A DNA stretch of 63,224 nt, filler included, from Octopus bimaculoides (GCF_001194135.2; 5 parts of 5 records of this genome joined end to end with filler, not necessarily neighbours in it), one strand, 5' to 3'; counted from the first letter of the whole stretch, positions 39,487 through 53,330 are shown. Numbers and translations are program-made. Notes: generated by a model not told the origin, from the letters alone.

Positions 39487-40771
39487 TTGGGTTGTCCGGA
39501 AAGTTCGTGCCGATTTATAGTAGCTTACCTTTCGACTTATTTTAGAACATAGTTGAGTCCATAAAATAGGGTTTGACTACACCTCCATGCAGAGCACAAT
39601 TTAAGCTATCTTTTCGTGGAAGAAGGTTTATGTTCCTATAACCCGTGTTAATTCTGTAACCCTTTAAAATGGAAGATAAGAAAGTTCATTTTCGGCACTT
39701 GATTCTTTTCTTTTTACGTAAAAGTAAAAGTGCCTCACAAGCAACCAAAGATATATGAGGAGTTTACAGTGATGTTTCTGTATCCGAAAGAACTGTACGG
39801 AAGTGGTTCGCAGGGTTCTGAGCTGGAGATTGTAGCCTTATTGATAATGAGCGATCAGGCAGACCATCCACTACAGATGATGACCAAATCAAGTCATTAA
39901 TTGAGAATAACCCACATTGCACAACCCGAGAATTGGCAGAAAGCCTCAACCTATCAAAATCCGTCGATCATGAGCACCTGGTAAAGCTTGGGTACACAAA
40001 TCGCCACGGTGTTTGGGTACCATATGAGTTGAGTGAGAAGAACCTTTTGGATCGCATTTCCATCTGTGATTCACTTTATAAACGGAATAAAAACGCGCCT
40101 TTTTTAAAGCAAATTGTAACAGGTGACGAGAAATGGAATATCTACCGAAATGTTTAGAGAAAGCGATCCTGGAGTAAGCGACATGAGCCAGCCTTAGCCA
40201 CCCCAGAAGCGGGTCTTCACCCTAAAAAAGTCTTGCTTTGTGTCTGGTGGAATTGGAAAGGAATTCTGTACTGTGAGCTTCTCCCAAGTTATAAAACCAA
40301 TTAATTCTGAGAAATACTGCACACAACTGGACGAGTTAAAAGCAGCAATTCAAGAGAAACGTCCAGAATTGGCCAACAGGAAGGGTGTTGTTTTCCAACA
40401 TGATAATGCAAGACCGCACGTTTCTTTGGGAACCAGACAAAAATTGCTGCAGCTCGGCTGGGATGTGTTACCCAACCCTCCATATTCACCAAATATTGCT
40501 CCTTCGGATTTCCACTTGTACAGGTCTCTGCAGTATAGTCTTAATGGTAAAAATTTCAATTCCTTGGATGACGTAAAAAGATACCTCGATGAATTCTTTG
40601 CCATGAAACCACCTCAATTCTGGGAAGAGGGTATTTTCAAGTTAAAGGAAAGATGGAGACGCATTGTGCAACAAAATGGTTCATATTTGGTTGACTAAAA
40701 ATGTAATGGTAAATATTTTTTGACCTTTTTCTTTCCTTTAAAAATCGGCACGAATTTTCTGGACAACCTAA
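39487..40771 (+). mobile_element. Full-length mariner transposon, 1285 bp, inactive
   Basis: 30-bp TIRs at 39487-39516 and 40742-40771 (27/30 match); TA at 39485-39486 and 40772-40773; transposase 39669-40698. Confidence 0.97.
39669..40698 (+). pseudogene. Mariner DD34D transposase pseudogene
   Basis: SGRP, WVPYEL, TGDEKW, HDNARPH and YSPNIAPSDFHL, with exactly 34 residues between the second and third catalytic D. Three in-frame stops and one frameshift near 40295. Confidence 0.95.
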
Positions 40772-42158
40772 TAATTTGGTTTTGATAGTACTGTGCTTCT
40801 AGTGAGTACGTATGATTCACCCGTAGAATCTATATTTATTTATTATATATTTTATTATCTATAATATAATTTCCTTTGTTGCGATGTGTGTAATGCTATA
40901 AATGTCCTTAACTATGCCACGAAATTGAAGGCATATCCGTAACATTTAACATAATGAAAGCAATACTGTGAAGCTCTCGCATAAATCATGCTTCAGAATA
41001 AGCATTCCTTCTACTATGGACACAAGGCTTGAAATTTATTGGGAGATGATTAGTCGTTTAGATCGACTCCAGTGCTCCAAAAGTACTTATTTTATCATTT
41101 CCGAAAAGATGAAAATCGACCGACCTAGGCGGCATTTGAAGTCGGAATGTAGAGCGGAAACCATTTTGTCCAGCTGCTAATGATCTTGGCAGCTCGGAGC
41201 TTTAGTCTTCAATGCAAGTATATGAAAATTTATAAAGCGCGGAAATTCCACAGCCCCCACTGTTATTACACAATATTACTTACTAATATATATTCGTTCT
41301 GAGTTGACTTTATCTTCCGCCCTGTTCAAATTGATAAAATATACTACCAATCACATAATGGGATCGATAATGAGATCGTCGATTCCCTCGCCTCACATTT
41401 CTGACCTTTGTACCTATATCAGAAATGATTACTTAATATACCCATGCATTTAAAAATGTACATATACGTACATGTATCCATTAATATACATGCAGATACA
41501 GACACATATGTATAATTGTGTGTGATTACATGAAGCTAAATATTTAAGCGTCATTTTCCTTGATTCATATTATACACTTACACATACACGATAACTCTTT
41601 AGTACCGTTGCCTCAACGACCATTCAAAATGCTTCTAACTTCTACATTACCACATTGAAGTGATTGCAATGTAATACACAGCGACATTCACGAGTGAAGT
41701 GCATTCTCTAGAGTTCTATCTATCGATGCATTAACAAGATTTTAACGGAATAGTGAACTACATTGCCTCAATATTAATTCCCCCGTAACTAATATGCAAC
41801 TCATACTGCTAATGTTAGAGGAAGCTCAGGGCCATCTTAACATAGCACATAGTTTAGTAATATTAATATATATCCTCTGCTTCGTTTCGCCATCAATCTA
41901 GAGTCTTAGAAAGTGCATGTGACATAATAGAAATTCATCAAAAAGGCTGTCGTGTCAACTTTTTAAAATATTCATGCTAATATATATGTATGTGTGTGTT
42001 TGTGTGTATGTATGTTCGTGTGAGTGTATGTGAGTGTGTGTGTATGTATGTGTATATGTGTGTGTATATACTTACATACAGAAACACAGACATATATATA
42101 TGTTTATCTATCTGTCTGTCTGTCTGTATGTCTGTCTGTCTGTCTGTATATCTATCTA

Positions 42159-42212
<54 letters not shown>

Positions 42213-42629
42213 NNNNNNNNNNNNNNNNNNNNNNNNNNNNNNNNNNNNNNNNNNNNNNNNNNNNNNNNNNNNNNNNNNNNNNNNNNNNNNNNNNNNNNNN
42301 NNNNNNNNNNNNNNNNNNNNNNNNNNNNNNNNNNNNNNNNNNNNNNNNNNNNNNNNNNNNNNNNNNNNNNNNNNNNNNNNNNNNNNNNNNNNNNNNNNNN
42401 NNNNNNNNNNNNNNNNNNNNNNNNNNNNNNNNNNNNNNNNNNNNNNNNNNNNNNNNNNNNNNNNNNNNNNNNNNNNNNNNNNNNNNNNNNNNNNNNNNNN
42501 NNNNNNNNNNNNNNNNNNNNNNNNNNNNNNNNNNNNNNNNNNNNNNNNNNNNNNNNNNNNNNNNNNNNNNNNNNNNNNNNNNNNNNNNNNNNNNNATATA
42601 TATATATATATATATATATATAAGTACTC

Positions 42630-42947
42630 AGCCTACTACTTATTCTATCCGTATCTTTTGCCGACCCGCTAAGTTATAGGAACGTAAACAAATCAACATC
42701 GGTTGTCAAGCGATGGTGGGTGGGGGGATAAACATAGATACACACATACCCACGCACACATACTCACACATACATACACATATATATTTGTGACGGTCTT
42801 CTTTCGGTTTCCGTCTACCAAATCTACTCACATAGCTTTGGTCGGCTCGAGACAATAGTAGAAGACACTTGCCAAAGGTGCCACGCAGTGGGACTGGACC
42901 CGGTACCATGTGGTTGGGAAGCAAGCTTCTTACCACGCAGCCTCGCC
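42630..42947 (-). mobile_element. SINE family A, lacking the extreme tail
   Basis: Reverse complement of head, body and central CA tract, similar to 13028-13197 and 54760-55150. Confidence 0.85.
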
Positions 42948-42951
42948 GTAC

Positions 42952-42987
<36 letters not shown>

Positions 42988-43181
42988 TATGTATATGTAT
43001 GTATTCACGCACACATACGACCGTGTGTCTGTGCGTACATCAATATTTGCGCATACGCAAACTTAGTAAGACATACAAGCATACATATATCCGTAAAACG
43101 CACAAATGCATTCTCATTACACCATTGTAAAAAATATAGTAGACAGAAATAGATACATAGATGCGCGGGTATATATATATC

Positions 43182-43245
<64 letters not shown>

Positions 43246-44299
43246 TGTATGTGTGTGTGTGTATGTATGTATGTATGTATGTATGTATGTATGTATGCAT
43301 GTATGTATGCACTATACACGATTGGCAAACTCACACGATATATCGCAAGTCCCAGGTTTACACGCGTATGTATATAGTGAATCATAGTCACGCATGCACA
43401 CCGAATCCCAAACTAATGGTAACACTGAAACAAAACCGTGTGTGTTCCCTAGAGCTATACTATTCTGTTATATTTCCTCTTGCATGTCTAATCGATTATT
43501 GATTACTAATGATTGCATTTATTGATAGTCTGCTCTGCAGCGAAACACACGGCAATTATAAATGTCCCACTGCCCTGGACAGCGATGAAAACTGGGTTTC
43601 AATTCTTTATGCCGATAAGGGAATATTATTGCTATTATTATTTTTTTTTTTCTTATTCTTATTCTTATTATTATTATTTGCAGGAATAGGAGTTCTTTCA
43701 TGTGAAAACTAATATATTTTTCTTGGTTGATGGGGAAATGAGGATAATAATGCTCCAGTTGTGATGGGTTTTGGCGTTTTGTTGTTAGTTTTTCGAATAT
43801 TTTTTGCTGTTTGTGATAATAATGAAGCAGTTAAGGATGTGCTGGTGATATGGTGTTGCTGCTGAAGTTGCTGCAGGTGTTTATGGCAGGTGTGGTCGTG
43901 CTGGCGTTGGTTGTTGTTCTTCTTTGTCCTGATAGTGTCAATAACAATTATTAATACTAATGATGATGTTAAATATACATGTTAAGACTATTCATACTGT
44001 TATAATTGTCAATGATGATACTGATGATGATGATGATGATGATTAGGAGGAGGGGTAAGTGGAATGTAATTACTACCAATTTACTCCAGATTGAACAGTC
44101 GGTAAGGTGTGATTTGGAGGGGATTTGACTACTGTTTCTGGCACTTAATCGTTTGATGGTTTCTTCAGATGGCGAGACAGGGAAGATCATTATCTTGTTC
44201 CACCTAATGTTTATTATTATGATGTTGGTGTTGGATGCCGGTTTTACTTCTAAAATTGTATGCATTGGACCATTGTAGGTGATGTGGCGATAAAATGCA

Positions 44300-44950
44300 G
44301 CTTAGGGTATTATCAATACTAGATGACGAAGAAACCATGTACTTCCACTATTAACCTGTTTTCCGTCATTGGATCGTCAAATGTTGTTTCCGCAATATAA
44401 CGAACGCCACATCTTTATCTGTCCTCTGTCTTCCTTGCCCTCAAATAAAGGCTAAATGTTGGAATATACACTCATCATAGGATAAAAGTCATAGAACTTT
44501 CCTACGAGCTTTTCTACTGAATAATTATGCAGCGAATTCTTGTCCATTCTTTAATCCTTCTCCACTCTTATATCGTTTTGAGTCGAATGTCTTGTAGCAT
44601 ACGAAAGGTAAATACAGAGGGATATTGAATTTTCACGCCTTCTGAGTGAAGGTCTTTAGGTTAAATATCCAGTCCGCGATCTCTGTAGCAAGACACGACG
44701 AAGGATTGTGCATTATTTGCACTGACTGATGCGTTTAGTGGATCCTGAGTCTTTCGGTATTGGAATAATTACTGATCTAGCCTAGTATGACGGTGATTCA
44801 CAAACAGATAGTTCGGTCTAATTAGTTCTGCAGGTAAGTCCAACAGATTGATTTCCGCTGGTAGCGAGATATACTGGTCCAGATAGAAACTTTCTCCTTA
44901 TTCTTCCAATATCTTGAGAGTGCTTTGTAGATTACCAAACGCTTTACCTA
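44300..44950 (-). mobile_element. Very decayed RTE-clade LINE fragment
   Basis: SVIIPIPKD, DWIFNLKTFTQKAxKFNIPLYLPFVCYKTFDS (RT segment ending in KAFDS-like), then LFEGKEDRGQIKMW (resembles the RTE C-terminal GK..RGR..W). Confidence 0.6.
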
Positions 44951-45352
44951 TGAGGCTTTGATGTTTCTTTCTATTTTGGTCTCAATCTTTTCTTTATGGT
45001 CTGTATGATGTTATATGCTATTATTCCAGACATAGCTTCTGATTGAGGAAAAACGTTCACCAGAAGATACGTTTGTGACAATAAAGACGGCTATAAAAGC
45101 GACACCATTGTAATCTTGGATATCTGGAGAGATTCTATTAGATAGATCAAAGAGCGGAACTCAAAATGGAATCATCTGCAGTAAAGTATAAAGGATTATG
45201 ATATCAAGAGATTAAAAGTGCAGTGCAAACATAGGCGAGTAAAGACAAAACGAAATGGTTGGAAGAAATGTGTTGTGGTTCAATACCAATTTTACACACA
45301 CACACACGTACGTACATATACATAGAATGCATTATATATATATATACACACG

Positions 45353-45432
<80 letters not shown>

Positions 45433-45546
45433 TGTATACATACACACAAACATACACACACACATATATATAAGTATAAAACTTACTTGGAAATGGATGC
45501 GTTCGATCATATAATAATATAAATAATATATATATATATATATATG

Positions 45547-45595
<49 letters not shown>

Positions 45596-45600
<5 letters not shown>

Positions 45601-46236
45601 CATGCCTACATATATATGTATATATACATGCATATATAGGTGCAGGACGTCAAAAAACGTGAACAAAATGAGAAACGAGAACATAAAAGACAAAGGCATG
45701 GAAAACGAACTTTGTTTCGAACAACCAAAGAAACAAATAGAGAAACAAGACAGGCAACATAAAGAACATTCCCTTCATCAGTTGTCCCTCCGCGTTTCGT
45801 CGGTAGGAACAAGACGCGACTTCGTTAAAACAGTCCTTCCCGCAAAGCAAATTAAATCAAATTTAGGATTTTTTGCGGAGGGTTAGAGTGGTAACAAAAA
45901 CAGGACAGTAAGAACAAAACAGCAAAAACAAACGGTGAGGCTTGTTAAGCCGTAACGAGGTGAAGTTGTTAACGCTGGAAAAACGAGCTTTAAGAAGAGA
46001 CAGGCAAAAGCATGTCTTGTCTTTAGGAAGGAAGTGGAAGAAAGATAGCCGAGTGAGAAAAGCGAGAGTCAAGGAGGAAGAGTGGTTTTTCTCTCCCACC
46101 CTTTCTCTCTCTTTCACCGTTCCCTCTCTATCTCTCTCACTCTTATGTTCTCGTTTCTCATTTTGTTCACATTTTTTTTTGACGTCATGTACCCATATAT
46201 ACATGTATATATTCATATATATGTAGGCATGTACAT
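45596..46236. repeat. Inverted-repeat element with about 92-bp arms and a 450-bp interior
   Basis: 45596-45686 is the reverse complement of 46143-46236 at about 90% identity. Confidence 0.9.
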
Positions 46237-46285
46237 GAGTGTGTATATATGCATAATCTATCTATCTATCTATCTATCTATATTT

Positions 46286-46530
46286 CTATCTATTTATCTA
46301 TCTGTCTTCCTCTATCTTCTATCTATCCCTCTGTCCTGGCCTCTACTTCACTGTTATACCCTTCTGTCCCTTCCTCCTTGTTCCACTTCCTCCCTCCACC
46401 ATCCTCTCTATCTATTTATCTATCTGTCTTCCTCTATCTTTCTATCTATCCCTCTGTCCTGGCCTCTACTTCACTGCTACACCCTTCTGTCCCTTCCTCC
46501 TTGTTCCACTTCCTCCCTCCACCATCCTCT
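46286..46530. repeat. Two-copy tandem duplication, about 122-bp pyrimidine-rich unit
   Basis: 46286-46407 is repeated at 46408-46530 with only a few differences. Confidence 0.9.
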
Positions 46531-47559
46531 CTGCTCTCGTGTGACTTGTGGTCAGCTTTCNNNNNNNNNNNNNNNNNNNNNNNNNNNNNNNNNNNNNNNN
46601 NNNNNNNNNNNNNNNNNNNNNNNNNNNNNNNNNNNNNNNNNNNNNNNNNNNNNNNNNNNNNNNNNNNNNNNNNNNNNNNNNNNNNNNNNNNNNNNNNNNN
46701 NNNNNNNNNNNNNNNNNNNNNNNNNNNNNNNNNNNNNNNNNNNNNNNNNNNNNNNNNNNNNNNNNNNNNNNNNNNNNNNNNNNNNNNNNNNNNNNNNNNN
46801 NNNNNNNNNNNNNNNNNNNNNNNNNNNNNNNNNNNNNNNNNNNNNNNNNNNNNNNNNNNNNNNNNNNNNNNNNNNNNNNNNNNNNNNNNNNNNNNNNNNN
46901 NNNNNNNNNNNNNNNNNNNNNNNNNNNNNNNNNNNNNNNNNNNNNNNNNNNNNNNNNNNNNNNNNNNNNNNNNNNNNNNNNNNNNNNNNNNNNNNNNNNN
47001 NNNNNNNNNNNNNNNNNNNNNNNNNNNNNNNNNNNNNNNNNNNNNNNNNNNNNNNNNNNNNNNNNNNNNNNNNNNNNNNNNNNNNNNNNNNNNNNNNNNN
47101 NNNNNNNNNATGTATGTATGTATGTATGTATGTATTATTTATATTATTATATATAAGTATACACATACATATACATATAATATATATATACATGTAGATA
47201 GTGTTGTAGATCTTGATTGAGGATCGTTGTATTTCTAATTCAACTCGAACTCCCGGTTATCTTCACTCTTCTACTGTAACTTTGAGAGAAATTACAAGTT
47301 CACTAGTGCAAAAACTGCAGACATGTCACTGGTGAAATGCAAAGAGTATCATGTAAGGAGACGAAGAATGTATATAACAAATCTATTATAATTTACAAAT
47401 GTTTCTGTACCACTTCATTTCTAACCACATTGTACATAAATTGTTTTGTGTGAAAAGTTATGCAATATGTGTGGTTGAACATATCAGAGTGATGCTTTAG
47501 ACTGGCTTAAGCAATGCATCTTTGTATAGCGCAAATATTTATATTGTGTGTTGCTTAAA

Positions 47560-48030
47560 TAGGGAGAAACACGATAATAAGCAGTAACAATAAGCATGCC
47601 TACATACCCATATATCCAAAGCCTAAGGCCCTGGTTTCGAAAGGATTGTTATTAGAACCCCAACGAGGACATAAAATGTTGAAAATTGAAGCTTGTGGCC
47701 GCGTGCTCATTTCCAAGTTTGCGTATGCCAACCATCTCAAGTTCTATGAAAGATCAACTGTATCCAACGTATATCCTCCTGGACCGGATGATTCGACGAA
47801 TGTAGTGTGTGAAAAGGCTTGCAAGTCGATTTAGGATCTGAAGAGACATGGCGGTCCAGAAGGAACAGAATCTCATAAAATGATCTAATCAATCCAACGG
47901 AAGTTGCAACTTTCGCCTGTCACCTATGCGTCAAACCACACGGGACTGAGTAGTCATCAGAAAGATCACGGAATGTCAGAAATGCTATTGGCAAAGAGGA
48001 AACTCAAAGCAATGACAATCATTTGTGAAG
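47560..48030 (+). mobile_element. Decayed 3' end of an RTE LINE with three degenerate C2H2 fingers
   Basis: IEACGRVLISKFAYANHLKFY, NVVCEKACKSIxDLKRH and ACHLCVKP/GLSSHQKDH align finger by finger with those at 58082-58404. Outer limits approximate. Confidence 0.75.
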
Positions 48031-48369
48031 ATGGAGCAATATTCATGTATTTAGCACACATCCCACATAGGATAAATAGAAATACAGTGTAAAGTTATGA
48101 GTGTGTACTTGGTAAATATATGTTCAGCATTGTTATTAAACGTGTATACTATAGTTAAACTATGGGTTTTGTATTCCAATTTGTGTTCAGAAAATGGAAC
48201 GATCGAACTAGTTTTAACTTTTGTTAAACTTTCATCAGAGATCTTTATTCATTTTCTGTCCCCTGAGATAACAACAGCTTATAGTTATTTACAGTATACA
48301 CAATGCCTGAGGAACTAAATTGGTCTGCCTAAGTGGAATAATAGCGCAAACATTTGCAATGTGAGTTAA

Positions 48370-48660
48370 TCAATTAAGAGAAACATTACATAGAAGTACA
48401 TAGAAGCAGAATAAATAGAGATTTAGGTAAACTTGAAGAATGTATGCTTTCAGTAAAACCGTTTTTGTAGCCCAACAGTAAAATATAGAGTTTTTGGCTA
48501 AACAACAGATTTTGTTTTTCAAACTCGATAAAAGCAATCAAGCTAACAAGTTCTGCAGAAGATTGTATATACTTCAAATATTTATGGGCTTCCATATACC
48601 CTAGGGGCAGTGGGTGAATAACTAAAATCTGATGAAAGACTAGTAAAGTTTGAAACTTTC
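48370..48660 (+). mobile_element. Possible 3' end of a Penelope-like element with a decayed hammerhead
   Basis: HYIEVHRSRINRDLGKL...VKPFL* resembles the PLE C-terminal (L/I)NRD.G motif. Downstream lies CTGATGA-a-AGACT-agtaa-AGTTT-GAAAC at 48629-48656; stem I is not formed. Confidence 0.4.
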
Positions 48661-51216
48661 CTTCCAATCACCTACAAACTCTTTTTAAGCGACAATTTAT
48701 CCCTGTTGGATACATTGCAACCAATCTGCACAGCGGTTTCTCACCTCTTCCTTCTTTAACTACTTCACTACACCATTCCTTTCACTTTTAGGTTAATGGC
48801 GTGGAATGGTCTACGGTTGGAATTTCCACAGACTTCCCATATTGTAGACTCCACAAAATTCTCAGTCGTATCAAATACTAACTAGTACTCCGTACAGTGT
48901 TTAATGCAAATGTGATAAACAATACGTTACATGCGATAAACACATTATAATTTTTAACAGAAAGATTTAGAAGAATTAGATGAAAGTTCTCTGGTAATTT
49001 TTTTTCATCTAAATAAATGTTTATGTTGATTTAAAAGAGAAAAACAGTTAGTTTTAAATCTCTGAGCGAGATGTTAGCGAATAAACTTTAATTTAAAAGA
49101 TTTATCCAAAAAATCTTATTTAGCTGTTATTTTTAGCAGACCTCACAACCACCTCAATGCTCAATGGCAACAAAAAAAGCAGACATTAAACAAACAATTT
49201 GAATATATTTAATTACAATTTAAATATGCTTAAAAAGCAAAATTTAACTTTCGGTTTTATTTTTTAAAATATCCTCCTCTGTTTTCAATGTTTCCATAAT
49301 AGAAGCGAAGTTACTGGAGCTTGCTGCCATAATCACACAGAACACAGCGTCAAATTTGTCAACACGTGCTTCCTCGTAGATAAAAGACTTTTCAAAGACT
49401 GCTTGGATTCGCTTGTTACTATGGCAATAGGCACGTTGAGAGACAAAAGAGTTCTCATGTTCCGCTTCTTACTATCGAAACAGCTATGAATGTGTCTGTG
49501 GCTTACAATTGACTAAATTTAACAGAATTTTCAAACTTTAATTACTAAAAATTCTTTATTTATTGATTTATAACGAAAATTACTTTCACGTCATTAATTA
49601 GCCTATAAAAGTGTATCATTACACTGAATACGAAATCAATTCCAAGAGAATATTGCCGCTGGCAGTCGCTGGCAATCAAACAGAAAAGATCCCTAAATAT
49701 TTTTAAATGTTGTATCTGAATCCACACCTTCATATAGTTCAAATATCTCTAATCTATTTATCCTATACCTTAGATCCTATTTTATGTCATATCTCTAATC
49801 ACCCGTAAGGATGTGGGATTGTTCTAATATCACTTCACTTTATATTATAAGTATCTATTCATGTTGTAAGTAATTCTGTTATAAATTCTATACCTACTCT
49901 TTTTACCAGGAAAAGTTTTGTTATTTATACTCTATCTTAAATTATCTCTTTATTATAATTTTAAATATAATTTTTTCTTCACCTATATATTTAATGTTTA
50001 TATTTATTGCTATAACATTATAAATATGCTAAATTGTACTGGGCACCTCTTTTTATTCTCTGAATTTAATTTCGAGCCCTACATTCTAATACTCATTCCA
50101 GTAGTTTTCAAGGTCTTCCCCTTTAATACGATAATCAAAATAACTAGTATTAGCTCTTCCTATCCTTTCCTCTACTTATCAGCCCTTCCCCATCAATCAT
50201 TTCTTTATTACTACCCCAGGCCTTACCCATTTTTGTAGATGAAGTTGGATGTATCGTTCCATCACACATGATAATTTAGTAGGCCGACATGATATTAATT
50301 AATTAATCACCACTGACCGGAATAGAATTACAGCTCCCATAAGATTTAAATTCTAGACAATAGGAGACAATCCTCCCTCTATTGTATCGAAGTATAGGTA
50401 ACTGGGTCACTGTTTTCAATTATTCCTTCCCCCTACTATAACCTTTACTAAGCTCTAAATTTTAAGTGTTCTGACACGATATACATTATTTGGTAAATTC
50501 ATTCTAACAACTGAATAGCAGCAGTATCAATGTAAATATTTTGGCTCCATGGGGTGTAATTATATTAAATCAGTCGAATTGTTCTTTATGCTTGAAGTTC
50601 ATGCAGTCATCTGAGGAAAATGGTTTCTTCGCAATGATGTAAATTTCTCATTAATCAATTAATGGAATCGCTTGAAACGGCCGTAATGAATTGACACCTG
50701 TACCTCTTTGTTACACATTTACAATTTATTCCCCTATCCTGGAATCTGCTCTTCGGAAATATAGAAAGTATTTTAAGTACATGTCCGAATAGCCAGGAGC
50801 GGATCCCTTCACTAAGCTGAGTCGTTTTATTTGCATACACTGCAAGAATATCGCGTGGCCGGCACTTATGCACCGTGTCCGATATTCACTTGATATTGTT
50901 TGGATGTGCATATTACGACAAAGCAAGGTGCATCAATTTAAGTACCTAAATCAACTGAATGTATGTATGTATGTATGTATGTATGTATGTATGTATGTAT
51001 GTATGTATGTATGTATGTATGATTGTTTATGTGCGTGCGTGTACGTGAATTCGTGTGCGAATGTATATGAACTTATATTTGTATTTGCAAATGTGCATAT
51101 GTGAGTGCATATATCCGCGTGTGTTTATAAGAGCGTGTGAACATAAACTTGTACAGGTTCTATTGTGTCCATGTACATTATACGCACATAACGCATGCGT
51201 ATATGCGTGCATATGC

Positions 51217-51262
<46 letters not shown>

Positions 51263-51362
51263 NNNNNNNNNNNNNNNNNNNNNNNNNNNNNNNNNNNNNN
51301 NNNNNNTTAATTAATTAANNNNNNNNNNNNNNNNNNNNNNNNNNNNNNNNNNNNNNNNNNNN

Positions 51363-51680
51363 CTGCTCGTGAAATTAACGTGCAAGTGGCTGAGCAATCT
51401 ACAGACACGTGTACTCTTAACGTAGTTCCCGGGGATATTCAGCGTGACACAGTGTGACAAGGCTGACCCTTTGAATTACAGGCACAACAGAAACAGGAAC
51501 TAAGAGTGAAAGTTGTGGTGGAAGAGTACAGCAGGGTTCGCCACCATCCCCTGCCGGAGCCTCGTGGAGCTTTTAGGTGTTTTCGCTCAATAAACACTCA
51601 CAACGCCCGGTCTGGGAATCGAAACCGCGATCCTATGACCGCGAGTCCGCTGCCCTAACCACTGGGCCATTGCGCCTCCA
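51363..51680 (-). mobile_element. SINE family C with intact tRNA-like head
   Basis: Head tggaggcgcaatggcccagtggttagggcagcggactcgcgg...gtttcgattcc plus the shared central block; cut by the scaffold linker. Confidence 0.9.
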
Positions 51681-52886
51681 CAAGTAATGTTTATAACACA
51701 GTATGTTCGGACGAGCACTTCCGTAATTTGAAGGGAAAAAAAAAAGAAAGAAAGCAAATCCATTGGGCTTGGCACATACAGACATTGCATACAGATATCA
51801 CATATCTGGATTCATAAGGCTTTTCTTTCATTGGCAGAGATGATAAAAAATTTTAAAAATTTGTACTGATTTAACTGAGAGGAACCGGTTCTAATCACGA
51901 TTCTAATCAAGCTATGACTTTGAACGTATGTTGGCGGTTTTTATTTCATAAAACAACATTTTAAAAATTAAATAACAATCATAATAAAATTCTTTTGCTT
52001 ATACAATTGAGTTTAAGGAGTGGATTAATTGCAACGGACTGTATGTTTGACACTGTTGTTCTTAAACACACCTAGAATTTTAACGTTCTAAAGAAACTGC
52101 AACACAGTCGTGTTTTCAATGCAACACGTGTAAAAAGGAGAGTTATACAACTTATAAATATGCATTACTGATGTGATACCATTGAAAGAAAGAAAGAAAG
52201 AGAGAGAGAGGGGGAGGAAGAGAGAGAGAAACAGAGATTCATAGAGAGAGAGAGAGAGAGAGAGAGAGAAACGCGCGCGTGCACACACATATGTATATAT
52301 ATATTAAAGAGAGAGAGGAGGCGACTAACAGATACAGAGAGACAACAGCGACGGTGATGACGACGAAGAGGTTTCTATGCAGTTTCCATCCATTAAATTC
52401 CACTCACAAGGTATCAATAAAACTTGAGGCGATGACCATGTTTACCCTTGCTAGTGTAAACCGGTGTGTCNNNNNNNNNNNNNNNNNNNNNNNNNNNNNN
52501 NNNNNNNNNNNNNNNNNNNNNNNNNNNNNNNNNNNNNNNNNNNNNNNNNNNNNNNNNNNNNNNNNNNNNNNNNNNNNNNNNNNNNNNNNNNNNNNNNNNN
52601 NNNNNNNNNNNNNNNNNNNNNNNNNNNNNNNNNNNNNNNNNNNNNNNATAATCATTGATATTGATATGATCACTGAAGCCCTTAAGAGCAGTGCCCCTTC
52701 ATGGCTGCAGTCCAGTGACTGAAACCAATAAAAGATCAAAGGATTTGCGGTTGTGGACATCCGGGACATGTGATTAGAACGTCGTAGGAAAGAATCGTAA
52801 GACGGATTCTTCAAGTCAAGCCAACCAATGGAAGCCCTAGGTGTAGACCAAGCACGTGATGGTTGGATAATATTCATAGACTCAGT

Positions 52887-53330
52887 TAGGGCGGTGAACT
52901 GGCAGAATCGTTATCGCGCCGGGAAAAAATGCTTAGCAGCATTTCTCCCGACTTAACGTTCTGAGTTCAAATTCCGCCGAGTTCGACTTTGCCTTTCGGG
53001 GTCGATAAAATAAGTACTAGTTGAACACTGGAGTCGATGTAATCGACTTATTCCCTCTCCAGAATATTGGTAACCAATATTCGGTTACCAATTTGAAACC
53101 AATATTTAAAAGCGGCGAGCTGGCAGAATCGTTAGCACGCTGGGCTAAATGCTTAATAGTATGTCGTCCGTCTCTTCGTTCTGAGTTCAAATACATCTGA
53201 GGTTGGCTTTCCTTTTCATCCTTTCGAGATAGGTAAGAGAAGTATCAGTTGAACACCGGGGTTGATGTAATCGACTTATCCCCCTGCCCCGAAATTGCTA
53301 GCCCGGTGCCAAAATTTGAAACCAATATCC
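52887..53330 (+). mobile_element. Two SINE family B copies in tandem
   Basis: Heads ggcggtgaactggcagaatcgtta (about 52888) and gcggcgagctggcagaatcgtta (about 53113), each followed by gagttcaaat and gatgtaatcgactta. Confidence 0.85.

Noticed and set aside
50655-50926. GC-richer island with short ORFs on both strands
   Set aside because: No recognisable motif or consistent splice signals.
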